Assembly (NCBI GenBank): GCA_036679605.1
Contig: JAZDCZ010000176.1
Coordinates: 1-34,150, forward strand
Length of the DNA stretch: 34,150 bases
Source: Gemmatimonadota bacterium
GTDB taxonomy: Bacteria > Gemmatimonadota > Gemmatimonadetes > Gemmatimonadales > GWC2-71-9
Direction of reading: 5' to 3'
Below the pieces are notes generated by a model. It was not told the origin of the DNA, ran no database searches, and saw nothing but the letters and a program-made list of their open reading frames with translations. This document shows, piece after piece, positions 18,371 through 26,972 of the stretch. The translations under genes and the position numbers were made by a program. Every line of letters begins with the position of its first letter. Positions within the stretch are counted from its first letter, which is position 1.

Positions 18371-20068
18371 CTAGTACCCGGCTGCCTGTCCGTCTTTGCG
18401 TGGGTCGGAAGCGCCGTAGTATATCCTTAAAATAGGATCGTAAAGAATTGCCTGGTAGCCACCGAAGGCGCCAGTTCTCTGGTCTACGGAGTGGCCCTTG
18501 ACCGTCAGTGCACGCAACGTTTCGGCGGAAAATCCGCTCTCGACGTAGAGTGTGCCTCCGTCGGTCATTACCTGGCCGGTTGGTTGCGATGAGCCGACAT
18601 GGCGTATCCGAGGTGCGTCTCCGGCCTCCTGCGCGTTCATGCCGAAGTCGATCAAGTTTACCAGTATCTGCACGTGGCCCTGCGGCTGCATCGCTCCACC
18701 CATCACGCCGAAGCTCAGGAACGGCTGTCCGTCCTTAGTTACGAAGGCGGGAATGATTGTATGGAAAGGCCGCTTCCGGGGCTCGTAACTGTTGAAGTGG
18801 CCAGGCTCTAAGTTGAAGAGGGCGCCCCGGTTCTGAAGTGGGAAACCCAGGTCGGGCGGTGTCATGCCGGACCCGAACGCAAAATAGTTGCTCTGGATGA
18901 GCGAGACCATGTTCCCGTTCTGGTCGGCGACAGTGAGATAGATGGTTTCGCCTGCTCCGAGGAGCGGATCACCAGCGTCGTACTGCAGTGCAGCGCGTTC
19001 TAGGTCGATAAGAGATCTGCGCTGAGCAGCGTATTCTTTTGATATCAACCTATCTACAGGAATGTCGTTGAAGTCCGGGTCAGCATAGAACCTGGCCCGA
19101 TCTTCGTAGGCGAGCTTCTTGGCTTCGACCAAGAGATGGATATACTCAGGACTGCCAAAACCCATCGATGCTATGTCGTAACCCTCCAGTATGTTCAACA
19201 TCTGGAGTGCCGCGATTCCTTGTCCACTCGGCGGTAGTTCCCACACTGTGTACCCTCGGTAGCTAGTAGAGACAGGATCCACCCAGTCCGATCGATGGGC
19301 TGCGAGGTCCTCGTAGGACAGGAACCCACCGACCTGCTTCATGTATGCGTCGATGCTGCGCGCGATTTCGCCCTTGTAAAAAGTGTCAGGGCCGCCCCGG
19401 GCAATTTTTTCCAAGGTCGCTGCGAGGGCGGGGTTGCGGAAAATCTCGCCCCTTACCGGGGCCTTGCCGGATGGCATGAAGGTTTCAGCGAAGCCCGGTC
19501 TCTCGTGATGTAGTTCGGTTCCTCCCTGCCATTGTGACGCGATTATCTCGGTAACGGGAAATCCATCGCGCGCATATTCTATAGCTGGTGCAAGGATCTC
19601 ACCCATCGGGAGCTTGCCGAAGCGTTCGTGCAGTCGATACCAGCCGTCCACGGCGCCCGGAACGCTGACCGACAACGGTCCGAAGGTCGGAATGCTAGTC
19701 TCACCGCGGCGCTGGAATTCATCTGCCTTCAGTGATGCAGGCGAGCGACCGCTGGCGTTTATGCCATGCATGGAACGGGAGTCAGCGTCCCAGACTATCG
19801 CAAAAAGATCGCCGCCCAGACCATTCATATGGGGCTCGACCACTCCTAACAGGGCGTTGGCGGCGATCGCTGCGTCGACCGCGGAGCCGCCCTTCTTCAG
19901 AATGTCTAAAGCCGCTTGTGTAGCTAGAGGTTGGCTGGTCGCAGCCATCCCATGCCGCGCGATGATCTCGGAGCGCGTGGCGAACGGTCTTCCAGTTTCA
20001 CGGTTCTGTGCTTGCATGGTCAGTGGCATTGCTACAATGAGAATGGCTGAGGACACGGTCAGTTTCAT
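18371..20068 (-). CDS. ggt: Gamma-glutamyltransferase (secreted)
   Basis: Signal peptide; GGSAVDAAIA; NGLGGDLF; SVPGAVDG; autoprocessing Thr in E-TIYLTVADQNGNMVSLIQS; RPFHTIIP; GVMGG; GASDPRKDG. Confidence 0.95.
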   Translation of the reverse strand: MKLTVSSAILIVAMPLTMQAQNRETGRPFATRSEIIARHGMAATSQPLATQAALDILKKGGSAVDAAIAANALLGVVEPHMNGLGGDLFAIVWDADSRSMHGINASGRSPASLKADEFQRRGETSIPTFGPLSVSVPGAVDGWYRLHERFGKLPMGEILAPAIEYARDGFPVTEIIASQWQGGTELHHERPGFAETFMPSGKAPVRGEIFRNPALAATLEKIARGGPDTFYKGEIARSIDAYMKQVGGFLSYEDLAAHRSDWVDPVSTSYRGYTVWELPPSGQGIAALQMLNILEGYDIASMGFGSPEYIHLLVEAKKLAYEDRARFYADPDFNDIPVDRLISKEYAAQRRSLIDLERAALQYDAGDPLLGAGETIYLTVADQNGNMVSLIQSNYFAFGSGMTPPDLGFPLQNRGALFNLEPGHFNSYEPRKRPFHTIIPAFVTKDGQPFLSFGVMGGAMQPQGHVQILVNLIDFGMNAQEAGDAPRIRHVGSSQPTGQVMTDGGTLYVESGFSAETLRALTVKGHSVDQRTGAFGGYQAILYDPILRIYYGASDPRKDGQAAGY

Positions 20069-20140
20069 GCTCTCTCCGCTGGATAGACATGGCTAAGATA
20101 CGATCTCGGCCCTTGGTCAGCTAGGACGCATTTTTCGGCC

Positions 20141-23100
20141 CTATCTGCCGAGTGTCTCCGCCCTTCTCACATACGATTCGAGCAATTGGAGCCGCATACC
20201 TTCAAAGTCTAGACTGCTGTGTGGTCGGAGCGACTCAAGCAGCCTTTTCGCACCCTCTGTATCTCCTGTCCGGAGCTTGGCGACTACGCCCCCTTCGAGC
20301 AGATCCTCGTGCGTGATCCAGCCAGAGTCAGCCATTCCGTCTAAGAGCATCGAATCCGCAGCCGCTGATACTGCCTCGAAATCCCACCGGGCCATGCCAT
20401 GATAGTAGGCTACTACACGTCGTGCTTCGGGCGGTGCTTGGTTCCGGTCGAGGAAGTCACCTACCTCCAGGTAGAATCTCTCTTCGGCGAATCCAGCGGT
20501 GCCTCCGGCCCGGATTTCCTCTACCTGCTTGAAGTGTACCAGCCAGACTTGCCAGTCTGTCGGTGCGCCTCCCGTCTCGAGCTGGTCGAGCCATTGCTCG
20601 CTCTGGAATACAGCCTCTTTCAACGATTCTGATGTAGCGTCGTCGAGAGTGAGGTCGGGCCGGTTTCTTACTAGGGCTCCCCGAGCCAGGGCCACTAGTC
20701 TGCGTGTTGAGGCAACTGCCGCTCTCGGATCCTGGGTGGGCGGAATGCGGTGACCAAACAGTGGAGCCAGGATGTCGAATCTTCGGGATGTCAGCTGATC
20801 GAACCCCAGGGCCGAGCGGCGCAGAAAACGCGTACGTTCGGCAGCGAGATCCAGCAGTGGGAAGAAATCTGAGTTCGGGTGCGTCCACTCGTCCAGTATG
20901 GGAGCAAGGGCCGTCCGGCTCGCGACTCTCGTTGCCTCGAGCACTTGCGGGGTAAGTGGCAGCGCCGCGCACAGGTCACGTTCCAACGTGGGTCGGGAGA
21001 AGACTGACCAATCCGGCTCCGGGAGGCTCGACCCCTTCGTAGCCACAATCATCATGTCGGATCCATTGGTCATGAACAGTTCGAAGGACCCAAAATGTTC
21101 GTTCATGGCCGCGAGCACCGACAGAATCAGAGCGTCATCGATTTCGTATAGGTGAATCCACTGTCCAAAGATTCCGTCATCGGCCAGGTAACGGCTGATG
21201 TGGCCGTAAAACTCTGTAGTGAAAAGACTCGAGACACCGCTGACCCAAGGGTTCGAGGGTTCTGAGACGACTAGATCATATTTCCGTTGAGCGGCTGCGA
21301 AGTAGGTCTTTGCGTCTTCGATCACGAGGTTCGAGCGAGGATCGTCAAAAGTGCGTCGGTTGGCCGGATAGAAAGTCCTAGAACCGTCCAACATGTTAGG
21401 CTCGATCTCGACTGTGGTGACGTCCTCGAGGTTGGGATCGGAAAGGAGGAAATGAGACGTCATGCCCGTTCCGTGTCCGATTACCACCGCGTGTTTGGCG
21501 TTTCGCGTGTGTGCCAAGGAGATCAGCGGCAACAGTGCCTGCGTCGCGGCGTCGGACGTCAGTGGTTGGAGTACGGTAGAGTCGGTGCACGCCTCAAACC
21601 AGTATCCTGGTAGCGATCCGTCGGGTTTCCCGTTTGTTGAAATCGTTACAGTATTGGACGGCTCGGTTCGAAATGCAGAGACCGTTGCCGTTCGACCGTC
21701 CTTGTAGTACAGGACGTGAATCTGGTTTGCGCCGGAGAGACTCCCGGTTCGGAACACGCCTTGAGACAGAACCCTGAGATCCATGCCTTTAGTGCTCATG
21801 ACCGTCACGGCTGCCACTATCGACACTAGAGCTGACCCGTATGCCAAACGTCTACCCGAAGAACGGCGCCGTGTTGATGCGAACAGGATCGCTGTGCCGA
21901 TCATCATGTCGATTGTCGCTCCGCTGAGCAAGAGCATTCTCACGCCGATGAGCGGTAGGAGCAACAGTCCAGCGACTGCTGTCCCAACAATCGATCCCAG
22001 CGTGTTGATGCCGTAAACCGATCCGATCGCCTTCTCGCCCACACCGCGGACAACGAGCGTTCGGGTTATCAGCGGCAGCGTGATTCCAGCGCAGAAAGTC
22101 GACGGCAACATGATTGCCAGGCACAAGCCGTAGCGCGCTAGTGTGTATCCCGTGTACCCCGTGGGAGTGCGCGCAAAGGTGTCGAATAAATCGGCCGTCC
22201 ACCCAAACGATGCGTGGTAGAGGGGCAGCGTGGCGAGAGCCGCGGCTCCCATCAGCCACTGGACGACCCCAAGATTTCTGAGAGGGTTTGTCCAACTGTC
22301 GGCGCGGTTGCGAACCCAGAACGATCCCAATGCCAAACCAAGGATGAATGCCGACAGCATCAATTCGAATGAATGCGTGGCGCTCCCGATCACGAGAGCG
22401 AGCATCCTAAGCCAACCGATTTCGTAGAAGAACGACGCGAGGGCTGTCCCAAAACTCACAGCTAACAGCAGGTGCCAAAGTTTGTCTACGGGGAGCGGCG
22501 AATCTCCAGCTTGGCTACCCAAACTGGGCGACGGAGCTGGTGCTGGGCTCCTTTCGGCTGGCCGAGTAGGATAGTGTTTCGTAACACCCCACGACCCGAG
22601 AGCCACCGCAAAGTTCGTGATGGCAGCTAATATGAGTGCTCCCGGAAGCCCCGCCAGCGCGATGAGGTAGAATCCGGCAATCAGAACCCCGGCCGCCGCG
22701 CCGATGCTGTTGGCGAAATACAACATCGAGATTGTGCGCCCCGGTGCTTCGCGCAACCGCCGCAACACACCAGCGGCTACGAGTGGGAAAGTCATGCCCA
22801 TTAGAATGGACTGCGGCAGGAGAAGCAGAGCAGCGAACAGCCACTTCGTCAGTCCCAAAAAAAAGGAGCTACCCAACGCTGGAAAGATGGTGTCGTACGC
22901 GAGGCCGGTGGCGAATAGGTAGACGTCGTGGAATCCGAGACCGATGACTCCTACGATGCACTCAATGCCGGCATACCAAAGCAGGGGGTCCCGCAACCTA
23001 CTAGACCTCTTGCCCGCCAGTAGCGATCCTAACGCCATTCCACCGAGGAAAATCGCCAGAACTATGATTTGCGCGTACGCACTGTGACCGACAAACAAGC

Positions 23101-23182
23101 TCAGATATCGCGACCACAGAGTCTCGTAGATGAGACCCGCTGCACCGGATAGGAGGAACAGGATGTAGACTATTACGAGCAT
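20141..23182 (-). CDS. Polytopic membrane protein fused to a spermidine-synthase-like SAM-binding domain
   Basis: Internally duplicated TM region (LSGAAGLIYE/SFGTALASFFYE; YFANSIGA/YGINTLGS); then NGKPDG, VVIGHGTGMT, VEIEP, IEDA, YDLVVSEPSNPW, GIFGQW; extra helical C-terminus. Confidence 0.88.
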   Translation of the reverse strand: MLVIVYILFLLSGAAGLIYETLWSRYLSLFVGHSAYAQIIVLAIFLGGMALGSLLAGKRSSRLRDPLLWYAGIECIVGVIGLGFHDVYLFATGLAYDTIFPALGSSFFLGLTKWLFAALLLLPQSILMGMTFPLVAAGVLRRLREAPGRTISMLYFANSIGAAAGVLIAGFYLIALAGLPGALILAAITNFAVALGSWGVTKHYPTRPAERSPAPAPSPSLGSQAGDSPLPVDKLWHLLLAVSFGTALASFFYEIGWLRMLALVIGSATHSFELMLSAFILGLALGSFWVRNRADSWTNPLRNLGVVQWLMGAAALATLPLYHASFGWTADLFDTFARTPTGYTGYTLARYGLCLAIMLPSTFCAGITLPLITRTLVVRGVGEKAIGSVYGINTLGSIVGTAVAGLLLLPLIGVRMLLLSGATIDMMIGTAILFASTRRRSSGRRLAYGSALVSIVAAVTVMSTKGMDLRVLSQGVFRTGSLSGANQIHVLYYKDGRTATVSAFRTEPSNTVTISTNGKPDGSLPGYWFEACTDSTVLQPLTSDAATQALLPLISLAHTRNAKHAVVIGHGTGMTSHFLLSDPNLEDVTTVEIEPNMLDGSRTFYPANRRTFDDPRSNLVIEDAKTYFAAAQRKYDLVVSEPSNPWVSGVSSLFTTEFYGHISRYLADDGIFGQWIHLYEIDDALILSVLAAMNEHFGSFELFMTNGSDMMIVATKGSSLPEPDWSVFSRPTLERDLCAALPLTPQVLEATRVASRTALAPILDEWTHPNSDFFPLLDLAAERTRFLRRSALGFDQLTSRRFDILAPLFGHRIPPTQDPRAAVASTRRLVALARGALVRNRPDLTLDDATSESLKEAVFQSEQWLDQLETGGAPTDWQVWLVHFKQVEEIRAGGTAGFAEERFYLEVGDFLDRNQAPPEARRVVAYYHGMARWDFEAVSAAADSMLLDGMADSGWITHEDLLEGGVVAKLRTGDTEGAKRLLESLRPHSSLDFEGMRLQLLESYVRRAETLGR

Positions 23183-23216
23183 CTTATCCGGACCTGTTTA
23201 GAGTGTCCCCTGTGTC

Positions 23217-25340
23217 CTAATCGTTTTTTGATTCGGTGTACTGATCGGCTACCCGTTTGATTCCTGCCACCGCCCCGATGACCGTTAGGCGATCTCCTTC
23301 TCGTAAGACGGTTGGGCCCCTCGGCACCAGCGTCTCTCCGCGGCGGCGGATGAGCGCGATGAGCGTGCCCTCCGGCATCCGAATTTCGTTGAGCGATCGG
23401 CCGATGAGCGATTCGGTTTTGGTTTCAGAGGCGAGGTGAAGAGAAAGGAAACGGTCGTCGCGAAGTAGTATCTCCTTCAAGGATTGTTCGTCTCTAGCGG
23501 CAAGCCAGTCAGTCATGAAATCGTCCTCTTCGACTCGTCTCGCTAGGTGTGCAAGAGTGCGGAGGTGTTGCCCGGCATCGGTTACTCCACTTGCAAGGAA
23601 GAAGACCGCACGAATCGGTGTTTTCGCCGATTGGCGGATCATATCCTCGTCGTTGACGTTGACGCACCCACTGCAACGAACAAGCACCATCTCGGACGAC
23701 TCGAAGTCTCGCAGTCTGATATGTAGCAGTGCGCCTCCGTGCGATACTGGAGTTCCCCCCATGGCTATTCCACGAGTGAAGTGATCCACGAGTTCATCGG
23801 TTTCCACCGGCAGTCGCTGCGCTAGGAATTGCGAGGCGGTATGAACGATGTCGTCGAGTGCCGTTGGCTCTTTGAGATCAATAACGAACGAGCGAGCGAC
23901 GATTTCATCAAATGGATCCTCCGCGCGTGTCCCCTTTTCCTTCATTATCTCGCGCAGTTCCTGATCCAGCCCTGCGAAACGCCTCTTGCCCAGGCGCTCG
24001 AACACATGGTATATGGCTCCATCGCGCTCCAGCTGACCGCGCGCGTAGTAGTTGTACCATCCAATACTGAGTGCAGCGGTCCCGACCGTGAACAGAGCGG
24101 CGAGCCATCCCATTTCCGCCACCAAGAAGAGTGGGATAACGATTCCGGCGAGTTGCGTCCACGGGTAGAACGGCGATCGGAAGCCAGGGTCATAGCTTTC
24201 AATGTGACTTTCGCGCATGACTATGACTGAGATGTTGATGAGACCGAACAACATGAGTTGCAATGCGCTCGCTAGCTTTGCCACCGCTGCGACATTCAGT
24301 AGCAGTAGGAACGCGACCAGTATCGTGCAGGTCAACGTGATGGACATGACAGGTGTGTTGAACCTGCCTAGCGTGGCGAGTTTCTTCGGAAACAGATGGT
24401 CGCGCGCCATTGCGAGCGGGTATCTAGATGCTGCAAGAATTCCGGTGTTGGACATGGACGCGAATGCCACAATTGCAGCGGAAACCAACAGGAACTCACC
24501 GGTTCGTGGAGGTAGCCAGCGGAACATGGGAACGGCTGCGTCGGCCGCAGGCGTAAGGCTCAAGCTCAAAGCGTCGACGCCCAACATGGACACCATTATA
24601 TATACGCCAACTACATAGATGCAGATGACTGTGGCCAGAGATAGGATCATTCCAAGGGGGAGGTTCTTGTCAGGATCTCGCACTTCCTCAGCGAGGCTGG
24701 CGACGTTGGTCAGACCTACATAGGAGATGAAGACCAGGCCGATTGTGCCGATGAGCCCGTCTATTCCACCGGGCATGAACGGTACAAAACGGGTCCGATG
24801 AACCTGCGAAACTCCCGATCCCAAGACGTTGACGGCGCCATCTATGATGAAGAAGACGAGTATCGTGAGAAGCACCAACACCAATATGCGGATCAGGCCG
24901 GTCGATTCCTTGGCGCCGATAATGTTGATGAGGCCGAAGACGACAGCGAACGCCACCGCTATCGGCGTGATGGGGAGGTTTACGAAGAGCCCGGCATATG
25001 CCCCAATTCCTATGAGTGCAAATGCACTCTTCAACATGATCGCGATCCAGGTGCCGATGCCCCCAATGGTTCCTACGAGCGGCCCTAGCGTCCGATCAAG
25101 GAAGTAGTAGGCGCCACCGGCCTTCGGCATGGCCGTCGCCAGTTCCGCTTGGCTCAGCATGGCAGGCAGGATCAGAAACCCCGAGATCAGGTATGCTAGG
25201 ACGACCGATGGTCCTGTCTGGGCTGCGGCCAGTCCGGGCAGAAGGAAGAAACCTGAGCTGAACATGGCTCCGGTGCCGATGACGTAAACATCGAACATGC
25301 CGAGCTGCTTCTTGAGACGAGGCGTACTTGAACCAGCCAC
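23217..25340 (-). CDS. APC-family amino acid permease fused to PTS EIIA-like and TrkA-C (RCK_C) domains
   Basis: GAMFSSGFF (TM1); ELATAMPKAGGAY; SYVG...LAEEVRDP; EIIA-like GGTPVSHGGALLH and HLRTLAHLAR; RCK_C LIGRSLNEI...IRRRGETLVPRGPTVLREGDRLTVIG. Confidence 0.9.
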   Translation of the reverse strand: MAGSSTPRLKKQLGMFDVYVIGTGAMFSSGFFLLPGLAAAQTGPSVVLAYLISGFLILPAMLSQAELATAMPKAGGAYYFLDRTLGPLVGTIGGIGTWIAIMLKSAFALIGIGAYAGLFVNLPITPIAVAFAVVFGLINIIGAKESTGLIRILVLVLLTILVFFIIDGAVNVLGSGVSQVHRTRFVPFMPGGIDGLIGTIGLVFISYVGLTNVASLAEEVRDPDKNLPLGMILSLATVICIYVVGVYIMVSMLGVDALSLSLTPAADAAVPMFRWLPPRTGEFLLVSAAIVAFASMSNTGILAASRYPLAMARDHLFPKKLATLGRFNTPVMSITLTCTILVAFLLLLNVAAVAKLASALQLMLFGLINISVIVMRESHIESYDPGFRSPFYPWTQLAGIVIPLFLVAEMGWLAALFTVGTAALSIGWYNYYARGQLERDGAIYHVFERLGKRRFAGLDQELREIMKEKGTRAEDPFDEIVARSFVIDLKEPTALDDIVHTASQFLAQRLPVETDELVDHFTRGIAMGGTPVSHGGALLHIRLRDFESSEMVLVRCSGCVNVNDEDMIRQSAKTPIRAVFFLASGVTDAGQHLRTLAHLARRVEEDDFMTDWLAARDEQSLKEILLRDDRFLSLHLASETKTESLIGRSLNEIRMPEGTLIALIRRRGETLVPRGPTVLREGDRLTVIGAVAGIKRVADQYTESKND

Positions 25341-25419
25341 TTGTGTTAGCGCGGTCCACGAGTGTGAGCGGCCAGTCCTGTCTTCATCAGCTACCGTCTT
25401 CTGCTACCGGTGGTCGTGG

Positions 25420-25527
25420 TCACTGGTTTCTTTTCCTTGTCAGTATTGGCCGTTGGAGTGGCTGTTGGGCTATCGCAGCGGTTGGGATGCAGAAAGCGAG
25501 AGCTACGAAGATTAGGTTTGTTCTCAT
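25420..25527 (-). CDS. 35-aa ORF made of a Sec signal peptide plus a 15-aa basic tail (secreted peptide or gene remnant)
   Basis: GGAG RBS then ATG 25527: MRTNLIFVALAFCIPTAAIA-QQPLQRPILTRKRNQ*, with an A-x-A cleavage site. Confidence 0.45.
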   Translation of the reverse strand: MRTNLIFVALAFCIPTAAIAQQPLQRPILTRKRNQ

Positions 25528-25682
25528 GACAAGTCTCCGGTATTGCTATGTGTGACGTATAGTGCGGTGCTTGCCAACGCGATGACCAATCGTCCCCTCG
25601 ATGACCCTGCCGATTCTGTCGAGAGGATGTTTGGGATAGTCCGGCCTGATCGTTGGGCAGGCCTCGCCCAGTTGGCCGGTTA

Positions 25683-26804
25683 CTAAACCCAACTCTTGCG
25701 TCGGAACATTTTCAGTGTCTCTCCGAAGCGCTCCATTTCGTCGGGCAGTCCAAACGAGAGCCGATTATAGGACAGCATCGGAGGGAACGGTCGGCCGACC
25801 TTGAAACCATTCTCCTTCATTCGATCTATGTAGGTCTGAAGATCACCGTTGATTTTGTGCATCACGAAATTCGTCTGGCTGGTCAGATGGTCCAAGCCCA
25901 GTTCGTCCAGGGTCTCGTAGAGTATGTTCCTTGCTCGCTTGTTTGTGTCCAGGCTGCGCGACACCATGCCGGAGTCCTTGAGTGATGCCAGCCCTGCTGC
26001 TAGAGCCAGTTGGTTGGCGCCATTGTGAGCCAACAGGGGGTCGAGTTGTTCGATGGTATCCTTGTGAGCTATCGCGTAACCCAGTCGCATGCCTGCCATA
26101 GCGTAGATCTTTGAGAACGTTCGCACAACTACAACGTTGGGGTTGTCGGCTATCCACCTTACGCTTGTCCAATAGCGATCGTCCTCGACGAATTCGAAAT
26201 ATGCTTCATCGATCATAAAGTAGTGGTTCGCGGGTGCTGACCCAATCCAAGAATCGACTTCGTTGCAGGAAGTAATACCGCCCGTAGGGTTATTCGGGTT
26301 GCATATGTAGATGAGAACCGGGCCGTCAGCTCTTTCTGCTCTAGCCCGCATTTGGTCAAGGTCATGTGCATAATGACTGTCCAACGATACCTTCTCGAGC
26401 CGGTACTTTGCCGGCACGCTGTAGTTGGGTACATCTTCAAAGGTGGGTTCTGCCACGATGAGTGTCGTGGATGGTGATGCATACGCCTGGACCATGATCT
26501 GTAGTATCTCGGTCGATCCATTGCCCAGCACGATGTTCTCTGTGTTGACGCCATGTTTGGCCGCCAAGGCTTCGATCAGCTGGCTCGCTCGTTTCCCAGG
26601 GTAGCGGTTGGCGTCGGCTATGCTGTCAATCACCGCTCGACGCGCGGCCGGAGACAACCCGAGCGGGTTCTCATTGGCGCTCAGCCGTACCACGTCTCCT
26701 GTGGTGCGGCTGAGATCGGTGAAAGGATCACGTCTGTTGACGGTGCGTCCTAGTCCGGCAACTCCGAGTGCCAGCCCAGCCTGGAAAAAGGTTCTGCGCT
26801 CCAT
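25683..26804 (-). CDS. Tat-exported HisC-like (class I/II) PLP-dependent aminotransferase
   Basis: GAGG then ATG 26804, MERRTFFQAGLALG (twin-Arg); LSANENPLG; NRYP; GNGSTE; CNPNNPTG; DEAY; RTFSKIYAMAGMRLGY (PLP Lys). Confidence 0.9.
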   Translation of the reverse strand: MERRTFFQAGLALGVAGLGRTVNRRDPFTDLSRTTGDVVRLSANENPLGLSPAARRAVIDSIADANRYPGKRASQLIEALAAKHGVNTENIVLGNGSTEILQIMVQAYASPSTTLIVAEPTFEDVPNYSVPAKYRLEKVSLDSHYAHDLDQMRARAERADGPVLIYICNPNNPTGGITSCNEVDSWIGSAPANHYFMIDEAYFEFVEDDRYWTSVRWIADNPNVVVVRTFSKIYAMAGMRLGYAIAHKDTIEQLDPLLAHNGANQLALAAGLASLKDSGMVSRSLDTNKRARNILYETLDELGLDHLTSQTNFVMHKINGDLQTYIDRMKENGFKVGRPFPPMLSYNRLSFGLPDEMERFGETLKMFRRKSWV

Positions 26805-26972
26805 TCGACCTCTGCTGTGTGCGTTCCCCGTTAGAACGGCCTTAGCTAATTCCTTAATATGGGGCGGGACCGTGGGTGGCGCGAGGGGGGTACCGAGTGG
26901 AGAATCCCGAGCCCATGACACCAGTATCCCTTGCGAGTAATATCAAGTTGTCCCCGAAAGGAGCCTTGAGTC

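Noticed and set aside
25641..25679. Imperfect GC hairpin just after the aminotransferase stop
   Set aside because: It has a large internal loop and no U-tract, which is not enough to call a terminator.
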